The notes beneath the pieces were generated by a model that saw only the letters and a list, made by a program, of their open reading frames with translations, was not told the DNA's origin and did no database searches. Positions 1 through 14,401 of a stretch of 64,000 nt of DNA are shown in pieces; within the stretch, counting starts at the first letter, position 1, and each line of letters starts with the position of its first letter. Made by a program: the position numbers and the translations under genes. This stretch comes from Phoronis australis (Eukaryota > Animalia > Phoronida), in NCBI GenBank assembly GCA_002633005.1, contig NMRA01000211.1, positions 412,262 through 476,261 of the forward strand, written 5' to 3'.

Positions 1-984
1 GGAAAAACGCAGTAGACAAATGGAACACACTGGGTGCTTAACAGTTTCCGCCCACGCCTTGGTCATCAAAATATAGTCCACTTGTTTTTTATTGCAAAAC
101 ATAGTACTGAGCTCAACATTTATGTTGAAATTTTTGGTTAAAGCATTTTGAATTTATTTGAAGAAAATTAAAGTACTTGAATTGATAGAGAATGGCCACC
201 AATAAAGTAAAACATTGACTTTATTTCACTACATTGTATTGTTACATACAACACAGCATGGCATAATCAAAAATAAAAGAAGAGATTGAGCAATAAAATG
301 CAAATACAACTTGGGTATTTATTTATTTATTTATTATTGCAGAAGCCTGTTAAAGGTGAGAAAAAATCAAACAATACGATATTGGGTAATTTATTAGAAC
401 AATTGTCGAGGTTCAATGATCAACTTGCACTGACAAAGTCTCAAAGAGTTACAGTTCTGTTTTGGCTGACAAGGTGTTAACAGAGAATGAAGAAAAACTG
501 AAAAGAAAAGGAAAGACAGCAGAGATAAGTGGTGTTAAGAACAACAAGAGCAAAAGGTCAAATAAAGAGGACACAAATAGAAAATAAGTAAGGTCTATCT
601 GGAATAAAGCAATTGCGATTTATTTTCCAGAACTGAAATTCTAAATCAATTTTAATCGATTTAAAAATCGATATCATACTAGTAAAACAGTTTGTGGTTG
701 AAGTAGAATTGCTGTAAACCACTTTCCACTATTTTCTTGGCCTTTTTCTGTGTGGTTTTCTGTTCTTTCAAAAGGCGGCAGCATATGACGAAAAACAATG
801 CACAGTTCAAACAACTCGGCATAAATAAAAGAAAACTTTTGAATCAACTAATACTATGGATTTGTGAGAGTCAAATCAAGTTCTATGCAGAGCATAACTT
901 TGAAGTGGAATAGTTGGGTGAGTACGACAACAAGCCGGTTTTATGCTTAGGCGGACGACCATTGGGTTCCCGAGTATATAGGAA

Positions 985-1732
985 CACATGGGACTTCCTG
1001 TTGGATCCAATAGGATTTCTGATAGGAAATCCAATAGGATTTTATATAGGAACCTATGGGACTTCCTATTTGATCCGATAGCATGTCCTATTGGATCCTA
1101 TAAGAATCCTCTAGGGTTTCTATAGGAATTGTATAGGGTTTTCTACTGGATCCTATAGGATTTCCTATTCGATCCTATAGGAAATCCAATAGGATCCTAT
1201 AAGATTTCCTAAAGCTTACAAAATGAAAGCCTATAGAAATCCTTTAGGATATCCTTATGTGAAACCCTATAGGATAACCTATGGGAAACCCTATAGGAAT
1301 TAGTATAAGACTTGAATATATCCAGTAGGCAGTTCAATATAGGATTCTATAGGAAGTTCAACAGGATTCTATGAAGCAATTAACATTCACGTATTAAGAC
1401 TCGCCTGAATATTAAATTTTACAAAAATTAGTGACTCAGAAGAGCTGAAATTAGATAAAAACAAATCGATATTTTAATACTTTTAGGTTATTTGTTTGTT
1501 AAAATGCTTAAAAATCCGATTTGTGATTAAATTCCTATAGGATTTTTTCAATAGGAATTCCTATAGGATATCTTAATCCTATAGGAATCCTTTATAGGAA
1601 ATCGATATTCCTATAAGAATTCTTATAGGAATTTCTATAGGAATTCCTATAGGAAATCTATAGAAATTTCTGTAGGATCCTATAGTAATTCCTATATGAT
1701 CCTGTAGGATCCTATTGAATATTTTGGTATGG
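985..1732. repeat. Foldback-like element: two arrays of degenerate palindromic (T)CCTATAGG(A) units around an AT-rich core
   Basis: Dozens of cctatagg/ccaatagg/tctatagg units at ~10-12 bp spacing in ~985-1375 and ~1531-1715; AT-rich spacer ~1376-1530. Confidence 0.7.
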
Positions 1733-1744
1733 GCTGTGGCGGAC

Positions 1745-2850
1745 CTAGCTAGCCAGCTAGCTGTATGAAGACTATCGTAAAAATACAGGTAGGTACCTCT
1801 GTGTGTATTTCTTCCGTAGACCCCGAAATTGCTCACAGTCAGGGTAGTTCTGCTGGTCAACTCACTGTGAAACTTGTTTCAACATGTAAACCTAAAGACC
1901 GGACGAGGTGCATGCAAAATCTGGAAGTCAACCGACACTCACCTTGCCCGTTACAACCGTTTAAGTGAAAAACAATGCAACGAATGTCATTTTCAGTTGC
2001 ATCATTCTCAACCTTTTGTAACAATGAAAAGTATGTTGTCCTTTTGAAAACAGTACGCTCATGTCACACGCATTTCCTAAATTTTTGCGACAACTTTGCA
2101 GCAGCAAAATTTGTTCAGAAATTCCATAGCATTATATTGTCGTGATAGACCGTCCAGCTGTATCAGGCAGGTTAGTCCCCAAGGTCAGAAATAGCAGGTG
2201 TTTCCGCTCAATTACTCTTTAATGCACTTTAATCTGATTGTGGTAAGATAAGAGCTGCCTGAATAATTAGGACGATTGATATCATTTTTTGCCCTTTTTA
2301 TAGACGAAAACAGAGTCCATATTTGAATTTTTCATAAAAAATTATGTGAGTTTAATTTTCCCCCACAAAAATCGGTTAAGTTTTGTGGGAGATAGTTGAC
2401 AACTTGATGCTAAATGACGCCAGTGTGAATGAAAGTAGTTCACAACTGGTCAAACCTAATTACCATATTTATTGGCTGCAGCTAGAGTCCAGACAAAGGC
2501 CTATTCATATCAGTGATAACTAGTGAGCAGCTTATACTCCATGAAGCCCCTAAGTTTACCTCACAGGCAAAATTAAGTTATGCAGTTTTTGGGTATTGAA
2601 ATTCTAAAAACTTATAATGAAGTGAAACCAGTTCCAATAATTTGTTGAGACGTGTACGCAACCTCGTGAAAGAATAACAGTTGATTGAAGAATCGGCAAA
2701 AAAAGAAACTTGCCAATAGGTGAAGCAATATTTCATGGCGCCAAAAGCCGACGCAGAACATTGGTCCACAACTTTAGCAGCAGAATAACGGTAAAACGCC
2801 ATTTTTTCCAACACCGTTAAATAATTTAGTTTATTCAAGGAAGACTGTTT
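1745..2850 (+). repeat. Interspersed repeat, homologous to 41190-41780
   Basis: Shared blocks gccagcta.ctgtatgaaga.tatcgt, ggtgcatgca.aatctgg, cttgcccgttaca and taaataatttagttta.tcaaggaaga in both places. Confidence 0.7.
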
Positions 2851-2945
2851 TTAATGACACTAATTTTGTGTCAGATTTTATCTTACCACTTTTTACCCAC
2901 ATCGGCGCAAAGCTGTATATTTAGTATACAGCTTTGTACCAAGGC

Positions 2946-3230
2946 TATGGCAGACCTAGGATACTATAACGTGGGGCCCAACATGTTGCTTCTGGGGATT
3001 GGGCAAAGCGCGGTTGTACCCGGTGGTCGGGGATGTAGTCCTTTTGTTCGAGAAATCATATAGGATTAAAAAAAAAACGGCGATACAACCCCCGTCAGAG
3101 GACCCCCCTTCGTCCGTTACCGGTCCTTCTTGCTGAACTTAATACTTCTTCATGCTACTGTTGTTTCGTTTTGCTTCCGGCAGCCAAGGGGTGGCGGCAG
3201 GCCCCCTGGGTCCCCCAAAATCTGCCTATG
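2946..3230. mobile_element. Short MITE-like repeat; inverted homolog at 58208-58541
   Basis: ggggcccaacatgttgc...atctgcctatg here versus cataggcg...gcaacatgttgggcccccac...ctagatccaccact at 58.2-58.5 kb. Confidence 0.65.
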
Positions 3231-3756
3231 CCTTGTAGGATCGGTATGGTCGAGATTTAACAGATGTATTCCAATGAAGCTGTGCTGTGGACAGGCGATG
3301 ACGAGTTTCGGATCGATTCTCCTGCCACCTAGTGGGAATTTTATTTTTTAAGTTCGACTCTGTATCTTGATAGATTTTCATGAAATTTGGCAAACCTCCT
3401 CATTTTCATATAAATTTAACATATTCTGTGCCACCTGGTGGCCATTTATAAAAAATTAGTGCATTTTTGTTGTCCACCTCTCTCTCCCTGAATATACCAC
3501 TCAAGTGATCATCTTGAAAATTGACAGTTGTTCCTGACGAGAAGACTGCAGCCGCCATTAATTAACTTTGGTACCCCCTTAAGGGACAATTTTGGACTTN
3601 TTGTATCCACAGCTGTATCTCCTCAACGCTTTCAAGTTTGTGATTGGGTGGCAGGTGTGTTCGTATGGAGACGGCAATGTCTGACGGTGAGTTTCAGAAT
3701 AATTGGGTGCGAAAAAACATTTTTGAGAAATTTGGAATAATTACCAACAACAATAC

Positions 3757-5393
3757 CAGGGCCCTTCGTTCTACGAAGCTGGGGCCGAATATCGGCACCT
3801 TCCCCTATCAAATCGCGCAAAATTCCCCTCGATCATTAGGTCGAAAAATTCCTCCCTGAATGACCAAAAATTCCCCTCATGGTTTTAGCATCCAAGTAAC
3901 AACCTAAAAATATATTCAAATCCATGCACTGACTTACTCACAAGGCCTCCAGGCACCGGAAACATCACAAACCGGTTTCATCATGAAGCAAGTACTACAT
4001 ACAGGAGTTCTAGAACCAGTTTTGCATTAATTCACTCTGGCGTATTGAAAACACAAAACTAAAAGAAAACTTTGGTGCGTCTACAGCTCAAAATGGTGCA
4101 CTTGCCAGAGGACAATTGTGAAAAGCTATGCAGCGGAGCATATAGAAGCATACATGAAATTAACTTTTCACTGATGAACTTGGCGTGCACTCCACTCAGA
4201 AGCAATCTCAAGCAGACCATGTTTGAGTAACTCATCAGGATCGTTCACTGTGGTCAACAGCACTGTCAGCAGAGAAGACTTTAAAAGCATTGCTCTTCTT
4301 GTCTGTTCACTGAGGTGGAAGAGGGACGGAATGGTCAAATTAGAAGTTGTGTGACACTATACACTGTTGTGAGAACAAACCTTGTTATAAAGCTAAAAGC
4401 CTTATTGTGCCAGCATTGAGTCGGCTTTGTGGTACAAGATCAAGGCCTGTTCCTTACAAACATTACTTCACTCTCGTTAACGTGTTATCATACATTGGTG
4501 ATGATACGGCGGTGAAATCACGGTGTTATCATGCTGTGAAATACATCTGAACTACTTTTAATTTCCGTATTTTTTCTTTAGAAAATAACCATTATCATAT
4601 CTAGACTGAGAAAGTAACGCTGGCAAAGCCATGAGAATTACGGTCTTTGGCGGGCAAAATCCATGAAAGTTCTTTTAACTCATCTGCATATATGGTATCA
4701 CTCAGGTCTTACAATTCTGTACTGGTGTTAGTGTCACCAATAATTGAAAAACACCTTATAAATTACAGCTGAACCAAATATATAGCACAAATCATAAACA
4801 TATCCGTCAAATACGATCTAAAATTTTGATTCAACAAACTTGATGAAAATTAAGGTGAAAACAGTTTTTTAAGTGCGCAAACACACGCAGTTCCTAAATG
4901 ACATAGGGAGCTGATTTGGCCAACTAGTCATGAATGAGTTGTTAGTATGGTAACCATATTACTACACTAAACATGGAAATTATAACCTCCGGGTCTTAAC
5001 TGTGTTATATTTAGTCAACACAAGCAAATAAAATTGTTAATAGTTACAGCAAGTTTTGTATTATGACATTCTTCAATTAAATTTTACCAAGTGATTCTCT
5101 TCTTTAACACAACGTCTTGTTCTGATCGTCTGCAAAACCAGTGCTTGTCCAGTTCTTGTAAATGTTCACGTGATGTGTTTTTGTGCTTTTGCAAAAATGA
5201 ACCATTGTCCTAGTGTTGCGCTCAAGGAGTGTGACTTTGGTAATACATACCTGCTTATTTGTGAAAGCATAAGATAATAAAAAGCAGTGCAGTAAATAAG
5301 CATCTTGAAAATTCCCCTCTTAGTAAAAAACGCCACAAAAATTCCCCTCATAGAAGGTACAGGCACCTTCCCCTCATTTGCGTGAGGGCCCTG
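3757..5393. mobile_element. Non-autonomous hAT-like DNA transposon with 5-bp TSD
   Basis: Ends CAGGGCCCT...AGGGCCCTG; AATAC directly repeated on both flanks; subterminal AAAATTCCCCTC and GGCACCTTCCCCT repeats near both ends. Confidence 0.7.
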
Positions 5394-5616
5394 AATACTG
5401 ATGCCAAAACGACATCAAACTATTAATAATTTAAAGTTTGGAAATCAACACGAACCTTGGAACGTTTTTAGAGGAAATTATTATCTGACTTTGATACTGG
5501 CATTGGTGACCTTGTGGCGACTTTTTTTATTTATTCCCAGGTTGCCAAGCACAATTTGAGGTCAAATTGAGTGCTGTGGTGGAAAATCCCTCCGATTATT
5601 CATTACCAGTATATTG

Positions 5617-5656
5617 ATATATATATATATATATACACATACGTATATATATATAT

Positions 5657-5733
<77 letters not shown>

Positions 5734-5757
5734 CATATATATATATATACACATACG

Positions 5758-5789
<32 letters not shown>

Positions 5790-5815
5790 CACATATATAT
5801 ATATATACACATACG

Positions 5816-5855
<40 letters not shown>

Positions 5856-5874
5856 CATATATATATATATATAT
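5617..5874. repeat. Compound (TA)n/(CATATA)n microsatellite
   Basis: Directly visible; explains the YI/IY-rich ORFs. Confidence 0.98.
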
Positions 5875-6962
5875 GATATCAAACACACCAGGGTGCTATT
5901 TCCAGCTTTCTGGTACCATTTGAGCTTAAATCAATTGCAGGTGAATGTCAGGACTTTCAGAGTGGTGACTGCCTGACACGGCGAATTATTGTTAGTAAGG
6001 CGAGGTATAAAATGTTTATTTTATTAGCATTACCCCCTCCCCCGGATTTTTACTTTAATGGTTTCTCAGCTTATATTCACCACTGCAATTTTTCAGAATG
6101 CGTTTTGAATAAAACCATAACTCGTTACTTATTAGGTTTTTCTCTCTAAAAGCATTTACATTTTATGATTTTCTCTCTACTTTAAATGACTATGATGAAA
6201 ACTGCCACGTCATGAATTTCTATATCTGTTAGAATGTTTAGAGATTCTATGTTATGGTTGGCCATCTTCAATACTTTCCGTTTCGGATAATGTGTCTTTC
6301 AGTATTGTAAAACAGTAAATACTTTTTTCTGTGAATTCATCATATCAGTAATCACTGTTAACCAGCCACTAGCGATTTATACTTTGGTTGGCAACCAAAT
6401 CATGTTGCACAAAGTATGCCATTTAAATGAAAAGAAATATGTACGTATATAAGAGCAGTCATTATCTGTGTTTTTGTTTGTTTAATATAGTATATAGTAT
6501 ATTACTTTTTGTTTCGTATTGTATATCTCTATCTCAATAAATAAAAAATTCTCTCTCACCAGCCCACTACAAACATTTTGTAATGGAAATAGAAGTTAGT
6601 CCATGAGGCAATCAATGAACTCCATTCGATACACCGTGTTTTCACGTTTTGTCGCCCAATGAAAAGAAAACAAAACAAAGGCTTCCATCCCGAAACGTAA
6701 ATCGAAACAATCATGGTTTTCAAAGATTGTGTAGTTGGAGGCTTATGAAAGTCATATTCTAATTTAAACCCATTCTGAAACTGAAACAAACGTGATAATT
6801 AGAGACACAAAGGAAAGAAATAGTAAGTGATCCTTGGCATACTAAACTAAAATAACATGGTTTCAGTGGTAATAATGTGAACATTCTGTTGTGAGAGAGC
6901 AGCAGTTAGGAGGTCTTGGTGCAAGAAGAGTAGGAGCTGACCTGTCCCTACTTAGTCTCTAA

Positions 6963-6967
6963 ATGTC
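6963..6967 (+). CDS. Candidate first coding mini-exon (ATG TC) of the SHP gene
   Basis: taa-ATG-TC|gtaagt: strong donor, and phase 2 joins the G at 12580 to give M-S-W-F-H-P. No transcript evidence. Confidence 0.25.
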
Positions 6968-7432
6968 GTAAGTACCTCACTGGAAGCCATACATTCTATG
7001 TTTTTCCTTTTTGTCTGAAGCGTACATTTAACAAAATCACCAATTCTTGGCTCCAGGATTATATGCCCTTCCTAACGAAAGGCTTATTTGCTTATTCATA
7101 GTGCATCTGCCGTCAGCCTTTTCAAAATGTCGGTTTGATGATGTAAGAGAAGCTGCTGTGCCCCATATTGGCAATTCTAATTTTTATACGTTCACCTCTT
7201 TATCTTTGATGTACTTTGACAAAATTTCATGAAATTTGGAGAATAGGTTTCTATTAAGTTGGCAACAACACCTGACTACTTTCAGAAGAATTAGACGTAT
7301 TGTGCACCACTTTGTGGCCTTTTTGGTTTCTGGCATCAGCCTTTCTAGTTTTTGGCATCAGCCTTTCTATTCAACAAACTGCTCAAAGAATCATCAAGAA
7401 ATTTGGCTGATGTGTTCCTACTGACAACAGCA

Positions 7433-9500
7433 CAACCGAGAGCGCTCAGAGGAGCGACACTTGGCAAAATTAATCAAAAAAAACGACGATGGGGTAGACG
7501 ACGACGATCATGACGATGAAGGCTGCAATTATGAACAACACGATAACATTCATGGGACTAGCGAAGAAATCAGTAAGAAATAGGCTGCAGTCTTGTTCAC
7601 GCACCCGGTTTCTCGGATGGTAGACGACAGAGGTTGATAGCAAATGACAGTCACCGGTTTGCATCAAAAGTAGGTAAAAACTTGGCTTTTCTCATTCAAA
7701 AACACACGTAAATCAGTTTCCTGGCATCTGTTTTCAACAAATTCCTCGAGGAACAAGCCAAACCTGACATACGCCCTGTATATGAATTGTAGGCACTAGA
7801 AAATGCCCCGTGGCTGCGACCTGACTGTTCAGTGCTACCTACAATCTTGAGCGACTCTAGGCGAAATTAATGACGATGATGATTGTGATAATGATTAGGT
7901 GGTGATTATGAGCAACACTATAACACTCATGTGACTAGAAAAGATGTGAGAAATCGGTAAATAAGCTACAGTCTTGAGCGACACTTGGCGAACAGCAAAA
8001 TCGGTCAACAAAGGAACAGCGTTGTCAGAAACTCTCGAATAATTCAAAAAGTAGACGTCCTAGCGACAAATTGAAAATATCTTCTGAAAGTCCGTTCAAA
8101 ACTCTATGTAACCTGGTAGTTTTACAACATTCCTTAACTTTTTTGAAAAAATTGAAATTTTGCGTTTTTTGAAATTCAAAGTTAAATAACTCGAAATTGC
8201 TAAGTCTGACAAAAACGTTATCACACGACTTTTGAAAGAGCATACTTCAAGGAATCCACGTGCAAAAATTTACATCATTTGCTCTTCCCGTTCAAAATGC
8301 GACTGCAGAACGATCGAAAATGGGTGAAAATGCTCCAGAGCCACCATCTTGAAAGTGACTTCCGATTAATCACAATTTTACAAAATTTGATCAAAAGCAA
8401 CAAACACGTGACCAGTTTGAAAATGATTGGTTCGCCAATGCGCCCTCTACAGGAGAAAACGTTTTTGGCCAGTTATCAAGGTCCGCATGCACCATTGCCG
8501 ATATTTCCGCCATATTTGACTGGAAGTTAAAGATTTATGGTGCAGTTGTAGTGCTTGTGTGCTTTAATAATCGTACCAATTTTCAGCCCTGCACATTGAA
8601 AAATGCGGCCTCTATGAGCAATGCCTTCATGGTTTTGTTGAACAGAAGCTTAACCAACATCAGTGCAGCAAGAGCTGTCAACAAAGGACTAGCGCTATCA
8701 GAAAATCCCGAATAATTCAAAAAGTAGACATCCTAGCAAAAAATGGAACATATCTTCTGAAAGCCCGTCCAAAACTCTATCTTAATTGATAGTTTCGCAA
8801 CATTCTATAAATTTTTCGAAAAAATTTTGTTTTTTTGAAATTCATAGTCAAATAACTCGAAAACGGTAAGTCTGAGAAAAATGTTATCACAGATCTTTTG
8901 AAAGAGCGCATACTTCTAGTAATTCACATGCAAAAATTCACGTCATTTGCTCTTCCCGTTAAAAACGCTATCGCAGAACGATTGAAAATGGGTGGAAATG
9001 CGCCAGAGCCGCCATCTTGAAAGTGACTTCCGGTTGAACAAAATGTTATAAAAGCTGATCAATAGCAACAAACACGTGACCAGTTTGAAAGTGATTGGTT
9101 CACCAATGCGCCCTCTACAGGAGAAAATGTTTTCGGCCAGATATCGAGGTGCGCATGTGCCCGTGTCAATATTTCCGCCATCTTTAACCGGAAGTCAACA
9201 TTTTTCAGCACAGTTGTAGTACGTGTGATCTATAAATAATCATACCAAGTTTCAGCCTTGTACGTAAAAAAATGCGGCCTCTGTGAGCATTTGAATCTGA
9301 AACCGGAAACAAAATGTTTGCCACGTCCGCCATTTTGAATCTGATCACGACCAAAAGCAATAGGCTTCCAGGACTTTCCAATCTACACATTGCGTGCAAA
9401 TTTCGTGCTAATCGGACGAAAATTGCGACCTGTAGAGTGCGAACAAAAAAAAAACTTGATGGCAGACCAACATACTTGTTGGAATTCGAAGAAAAGTAAT
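7433..9500 (-). mobile_element. Helentron-associated (HINE/DINE-1-like) element, copy 1, with two ~660-bp internal modules
   Basis: Colinear with 15891-17570; acttggc(g/a)aaa subTIR next to a cgctc-agag-gagcg hairpin at the left end; internal modules at ~8000-8660 and ~8670-9290. Confidence 0.75.
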
Positions 9501-12500
9501 GACGTTAATTTTCGGACATGTCCTACTACCATGGCACCTCTAATTGACATTTTTACATCCACAACTATCAACTAAACCCCTTGCAGAATCTATTTTTATG
9601 TTTGCCTCTGCATCTTTGGAGCTCTTAGACAGACTTCATGGAATTTGGAAGATATAGGTTTCTGTGAGATAGATGACAAGGTCTTCTCGTATTCGAACGG
9701 GTCTGGCGTATGTTGCACCACCTTGTGGCTGTTTTTGTGCTAATTAACATACTTCAGGACTGATAAGTTTCATCTACAAGTTACAACCCACTCAGATGGG
9801 TCACCTGCAGACAGCTATCGCCTTACCCTTTGTGTTTCCAATGCAGTAATCCTAATCTGGTGCAAATAATTACGTGCGTGCGCACTACTTTCTAACTATG
9901 GGGCAGTTGAAATCCCCTTATCTGTACTTATTTATTATACGTATTTATTCATAGTCCTATGAGATCACATGGGTAAAGCACCTCACCTTGCCTAGTCTTG
10001 TTGTAGCCCAGGTCTGTAAACGCTATTCCCATGTCATGTAGCAGAACCATTTGCTGTGTAGTTGTGGGATTATTATAGCCCTTTGTACTTGCAATAAGTA
10101 CGGTATAATCAGATTCGAGTCTAGTTAATGGCCGTTCCACATCCCTAAACTAGGATTGTGAATAATTCAATTAACCCCACAAGGAAGTACTCTTTCCTGC
10201 ATTGAAACTGCGTGAGTTAATTTTCGTGACTTGTAACTTCATGTATCAGTGGCTAAAGATTGTGTTAGCCAAACTTAGCAGTTACTTGTATTTGATTGTT
10301 GGTCCAATCCCTTGCATATAGTCCTCTTGTAATTTTCGCATAACATGTCATTTAGTAAATTACAAGAATCTTAAATGAGTCGTTAGGGCCATCTACTGTG
10401 AAGTTAAAGAAATACGGGAGACCCTAGAAAAATGTCCAAATTTGACTAGCTATGGAATATAATATCTAATAGCGAGTGACCAGCGGGAGCGCCCCCTAAG
10501 GGCTATACATGAAATAACAGGTCATGTGACCACACAGGTGTAGACGGAAAATCTTGTTGTCACTATGAAAAATGGCAGAGACTACTGGAAGCCACCATTA
10601 CAATTGCATAGTTAACGAAAACATTACACATACTTCCAAAATTCCACAAGCACAGAGATAGGCTGGTGGAGCAGGGGCAGTGAAAATAAATCATTTCTTG
10701 TGACAGTGGGCCTGTAGAAGTTCTCAAAGCAATGCATCGACTGTTTTGTCGCAGTTTGTCACAAAATTCAAACATGACTTTTGTACGGCTGTTGTAACCT
10801 TCCTATGCGGACTGAAAAATGGTGGTCAGATAGTTGAAAGTTCTCGCTTTGATTTCTTCTTTCAAATTTTCAATGACAGCATAAGGAAGTTTGTTGTTGA
10901 CAGTCATCGAAAACATTTGCATGCATTGGTTCGTGTTAAAAAAACCTAATCAGACTTTGAGTTGTTTTTTTTAAAAAAATTGGGTAGCATGTTCAACACG
11001 ACAAGATAGGCAACCCCTGTTTTTATCGCTCAACCCAGTGTTTACGTGTACAGTAAAGTAACAAAACGGCGCAACACACCATCCTGTCTTCTTCCAGTAT
11101 AACAATGATATGACCATCGACACATTTGGATTAGATGTTCATTCTTCTATTTTAATTTTAAGTAGATATTAACTTTGCAAATGGACTCGGCGTTCAGCAC
11201 ATCGCCGAAGATAAACTTACAAGTTGCCAGTCAAGTTGTTCCTCATTACTTGTGAAAATATTTTGTGTTATGGCGACCAAGCATAAAGACCGCAGTATTC
11301 CAAATATTCAGTGCAGACAGGAACTCAGAAGTTGAAAATAAAACAGCCATGGCAGAGTGGATAAATTGTCGACCTGTTAACTCACCCATCAGACTATAGC
11401 TAAACTGATGCTGAACATTCAGTTTGTATGTGGTTTACCGTTAGAAGTATCCAAAAGTATCATTGGCCATATTGACAAAATACCGTTACACCTCGCATAC
11501 AAGCCGTAATGGCTGGGTTACTAAGTGGAGCAGCAGATTGGTCTAGAGGCCATGAAATGGGCATATACCAGCGACCGTCTTTTTGGTCTTGTCTGTAGGA
11601 AAAGGATCCCCCAAATTTCCCGCAATTCATTCTGGAGACCGATGTTTTGTTTATTTTTAGATACATGTAATTTGTGTAGACTATCTATATGACCAAAACG
11701 AGTTGGGAAACGTAAAGTGTGAGTAAACCTGCACCGAGGAGCTCTACACAAAACTGAAAAAATATTTACTCCACATACAATCAATGGTAAACGCACAAAC
11801 AAAAACATATTCACCGTCGAAACTTTGCATAGCTGTTATCATGATCAAATGAACGTGGGTAATTTCTGGGATCTCATTATCCCACGCAAAGTTGGGTTTA
11901 GTGTCCTGGTAGTAACGAATCTGAAAAGATTGCTGTACTGATAACCCATGTTTACTAAGAAAGTTACCTATATTGTTTGTGTTGTCTTACATGTGTTGAT
12001 GTGAATGATTCTCAATATGGCAGAAACAGTCTCAGTCAGCCAGACTACACGACTGTTCTAGCTCTTAGTTTTGTGTTATCACAAGTCATGAACCAAGCGA
12101 GAATAAAATTGCCAAAAATTGAAAAGTCCCCACGATTCCTTGTAGTGAATGTTTTGTCAGATTCTAATGAGTAATGCTGTTTATGTTACATTACCTTCAT
12201 CTCTTTGCAACATCACATACCTATAAATAAATGTAAAACGAAAATGACCTTTGCCCTTTATCACATCACACCTTGAGGGAACATCATCTGAATTTCCTCA
12301 CTTCTACCTCACGATACTGTTTAAACGTTGGTCTGTGCTTTTAAATTTTGCGTCAATACTTGTGAATAAGTCCTGAATGCAGTACCTTGTATGTAGCACT
12401 TGACCATTTTTATATCACATTCAATAGGTTGCGTTTTTAACATGTGTTATCGAATTACCACGCAAGTAGGATAGACATTGCAAACTCATCTTCATAAATA

Positions 12501-12579
12501 ATTATATGCTAGATGCATAGCTTAACTTAAAACTTGTAGCCACCTGGTAAGCCCTATTGCTGTATATTTCTTCTTCCAG

Positions 12580-12702
12580 GTGGTTTCATCCAAACATTTC
12601 TGGTCGGGAAGCAGAACAGTTGCTGAAGGAGCGTGGTTTTGATGGAAGCTTCTTGGTTCGCCCAAGTAAAAGTAACTCTGGTGACTTCACTTTGTCTGTT
12701 AG
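12580..12702 (+). CDS. PTPN11: SHP2/PTPN11-like phosphatase exon (N-SH2 first half)
   Basis: ttccag|G...AG|gtatat; [41 protein letters not shown], close to the SHP2 N-terminus; 123 bp. Confidence 0.93.
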
Positions 12703-14401
12703 GTATATGTGTAGGCTGTTTTCCTGTGTTATCTGAGTATAAGAACTGTTTCTGAATGACTTCTTGTGTTTTGACTAAATGCATCTAATTTTTGCCTTCT
12801 GGCTTGGCCAAGTAAAATTAATGCTGAAGATATACCTCGTCTGCTAGTCAAGTATTTGTGCTGTCTTCAGGGCTGTAAATGAGGAAGATTTGGTGTTCAG
12901 TGCAAAACAAAGATTAAGGTTGCAAGTGTTAGGGAATTCTAAATTTGAATTCTGCAATGTAAAGAGTAATTCTTGTTTGGATTTACCATCGGCATATCTG
13001 AACGGACGGTGCGTACTATCACTGTGACGTACATTAGGGGACAATTGGGCAGGCTAGTTCTTCTCCATTTTTGAAAATTTTAAGAAATTTCTGACAAATT
13101 ATTTCAGCTTCACTCTTTAAAACTGTTTGAAAAATAGATGATCAGGTCCAAATGGACAAATTGTCCAGTTACTCCTAGGGAAACATTTAAATGCAGTAAC
13201 CGTCTTGTATAGTTTCATGCTCTATACTTTCAATTAACATATCAAGGCCAGTATTTTTAGCATAATGGACAGTCAGATTAAATGATGTGTTACTGGTGTG
13301 TTTGTGCATGCACAAGAAAATATACAAATTAAACTCTTCCGTTTGGTTTCTACTCCAGACGACAGCGGTTTCTACATTGAGGCCAGTCCAAATGTCAACC
13401 TTCATCATTGTTGAGCATTCCCGTGCTTAGCTCTTATCTGGCATTGTGACTCGAATGCCAATTATCTACCACCAGACTCAAAACATTACTAAAATCATTC
13501 ATTGGATACCAGAGAACCTAGTACTAAACCTTTCTATATTTAATTCTTTGTGTAAAAATGATCCCAGCTTAAGTTTTCGCTGAAATTCAGAATCCTAACT
13601 GTTTGAAAATTTGCCGGTTTTAGTTCACGATATATCAATTTGTTTGAGCGAGTTTTTTTACTGCTGTGAAGCCATTGCTAATGTGGTAATTGCTCTACTC
13701 CACACAATGGGACCTTAGATCAGATTCCCTGATAAACAGGCCTCTTGCTGCTGGTGGGAATTTTACAAATCTGTCAACAAGGTGCCAGGAAATGCATATC
13801 GCGTGGCATGTCCTTGTAGGATACAAGAGCATTGTATGATTTTGAAGCACAGACGTTGCTGTACCTAAATACACATATAAATTGTTCTTCAAACTTCCAG
13901 TTATGTGAGACCCTAGAAAAATGTCCAAATTTGGCAAACTTCGGAATGTCACATTTCAGACATGGCTTATCGTACTCTATACTTGTTTGTAAAAAAGTAT
14001 TATTACAGTCCCATGGGCCTACTTTTGGAGCCACAGATTTTTACCATTTGTAGGGCTCCCCAAAATGACCAGTATCACTAAGTGTGTATAGTGAAAACGA
14101 GGCTTTATGTGAAATAGGACATATGGCTTTTTTAACATAAACTTTATAAGTAGTGGTATTATAACCTCCATTAATGACTCATACTGGTCATTATTCCTTG
14201 CCGATATGGCTAGCACATTTTCCGTTTATAATTATCCCTGTATCCTAAAATATGCCTAATCTTATATTTAGGAGGCTAGTAGGGTACAAAATGTGGTATT
14301 TTCTGAACATACAATGGAGCTCACTGTCAGAAATTCCTAGATAGTGTTTTGAAAATAAAAGTGTTTTGAAAATAAAAGTGTTTTCAATATTATTGTTTCA
14401 G

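Noticed and set aside
5562-5976. YI/IH-rich ORFs of 69-120 aa
   Set aside because: Translations of the (TA)n/(CATATA)n microsatellite.
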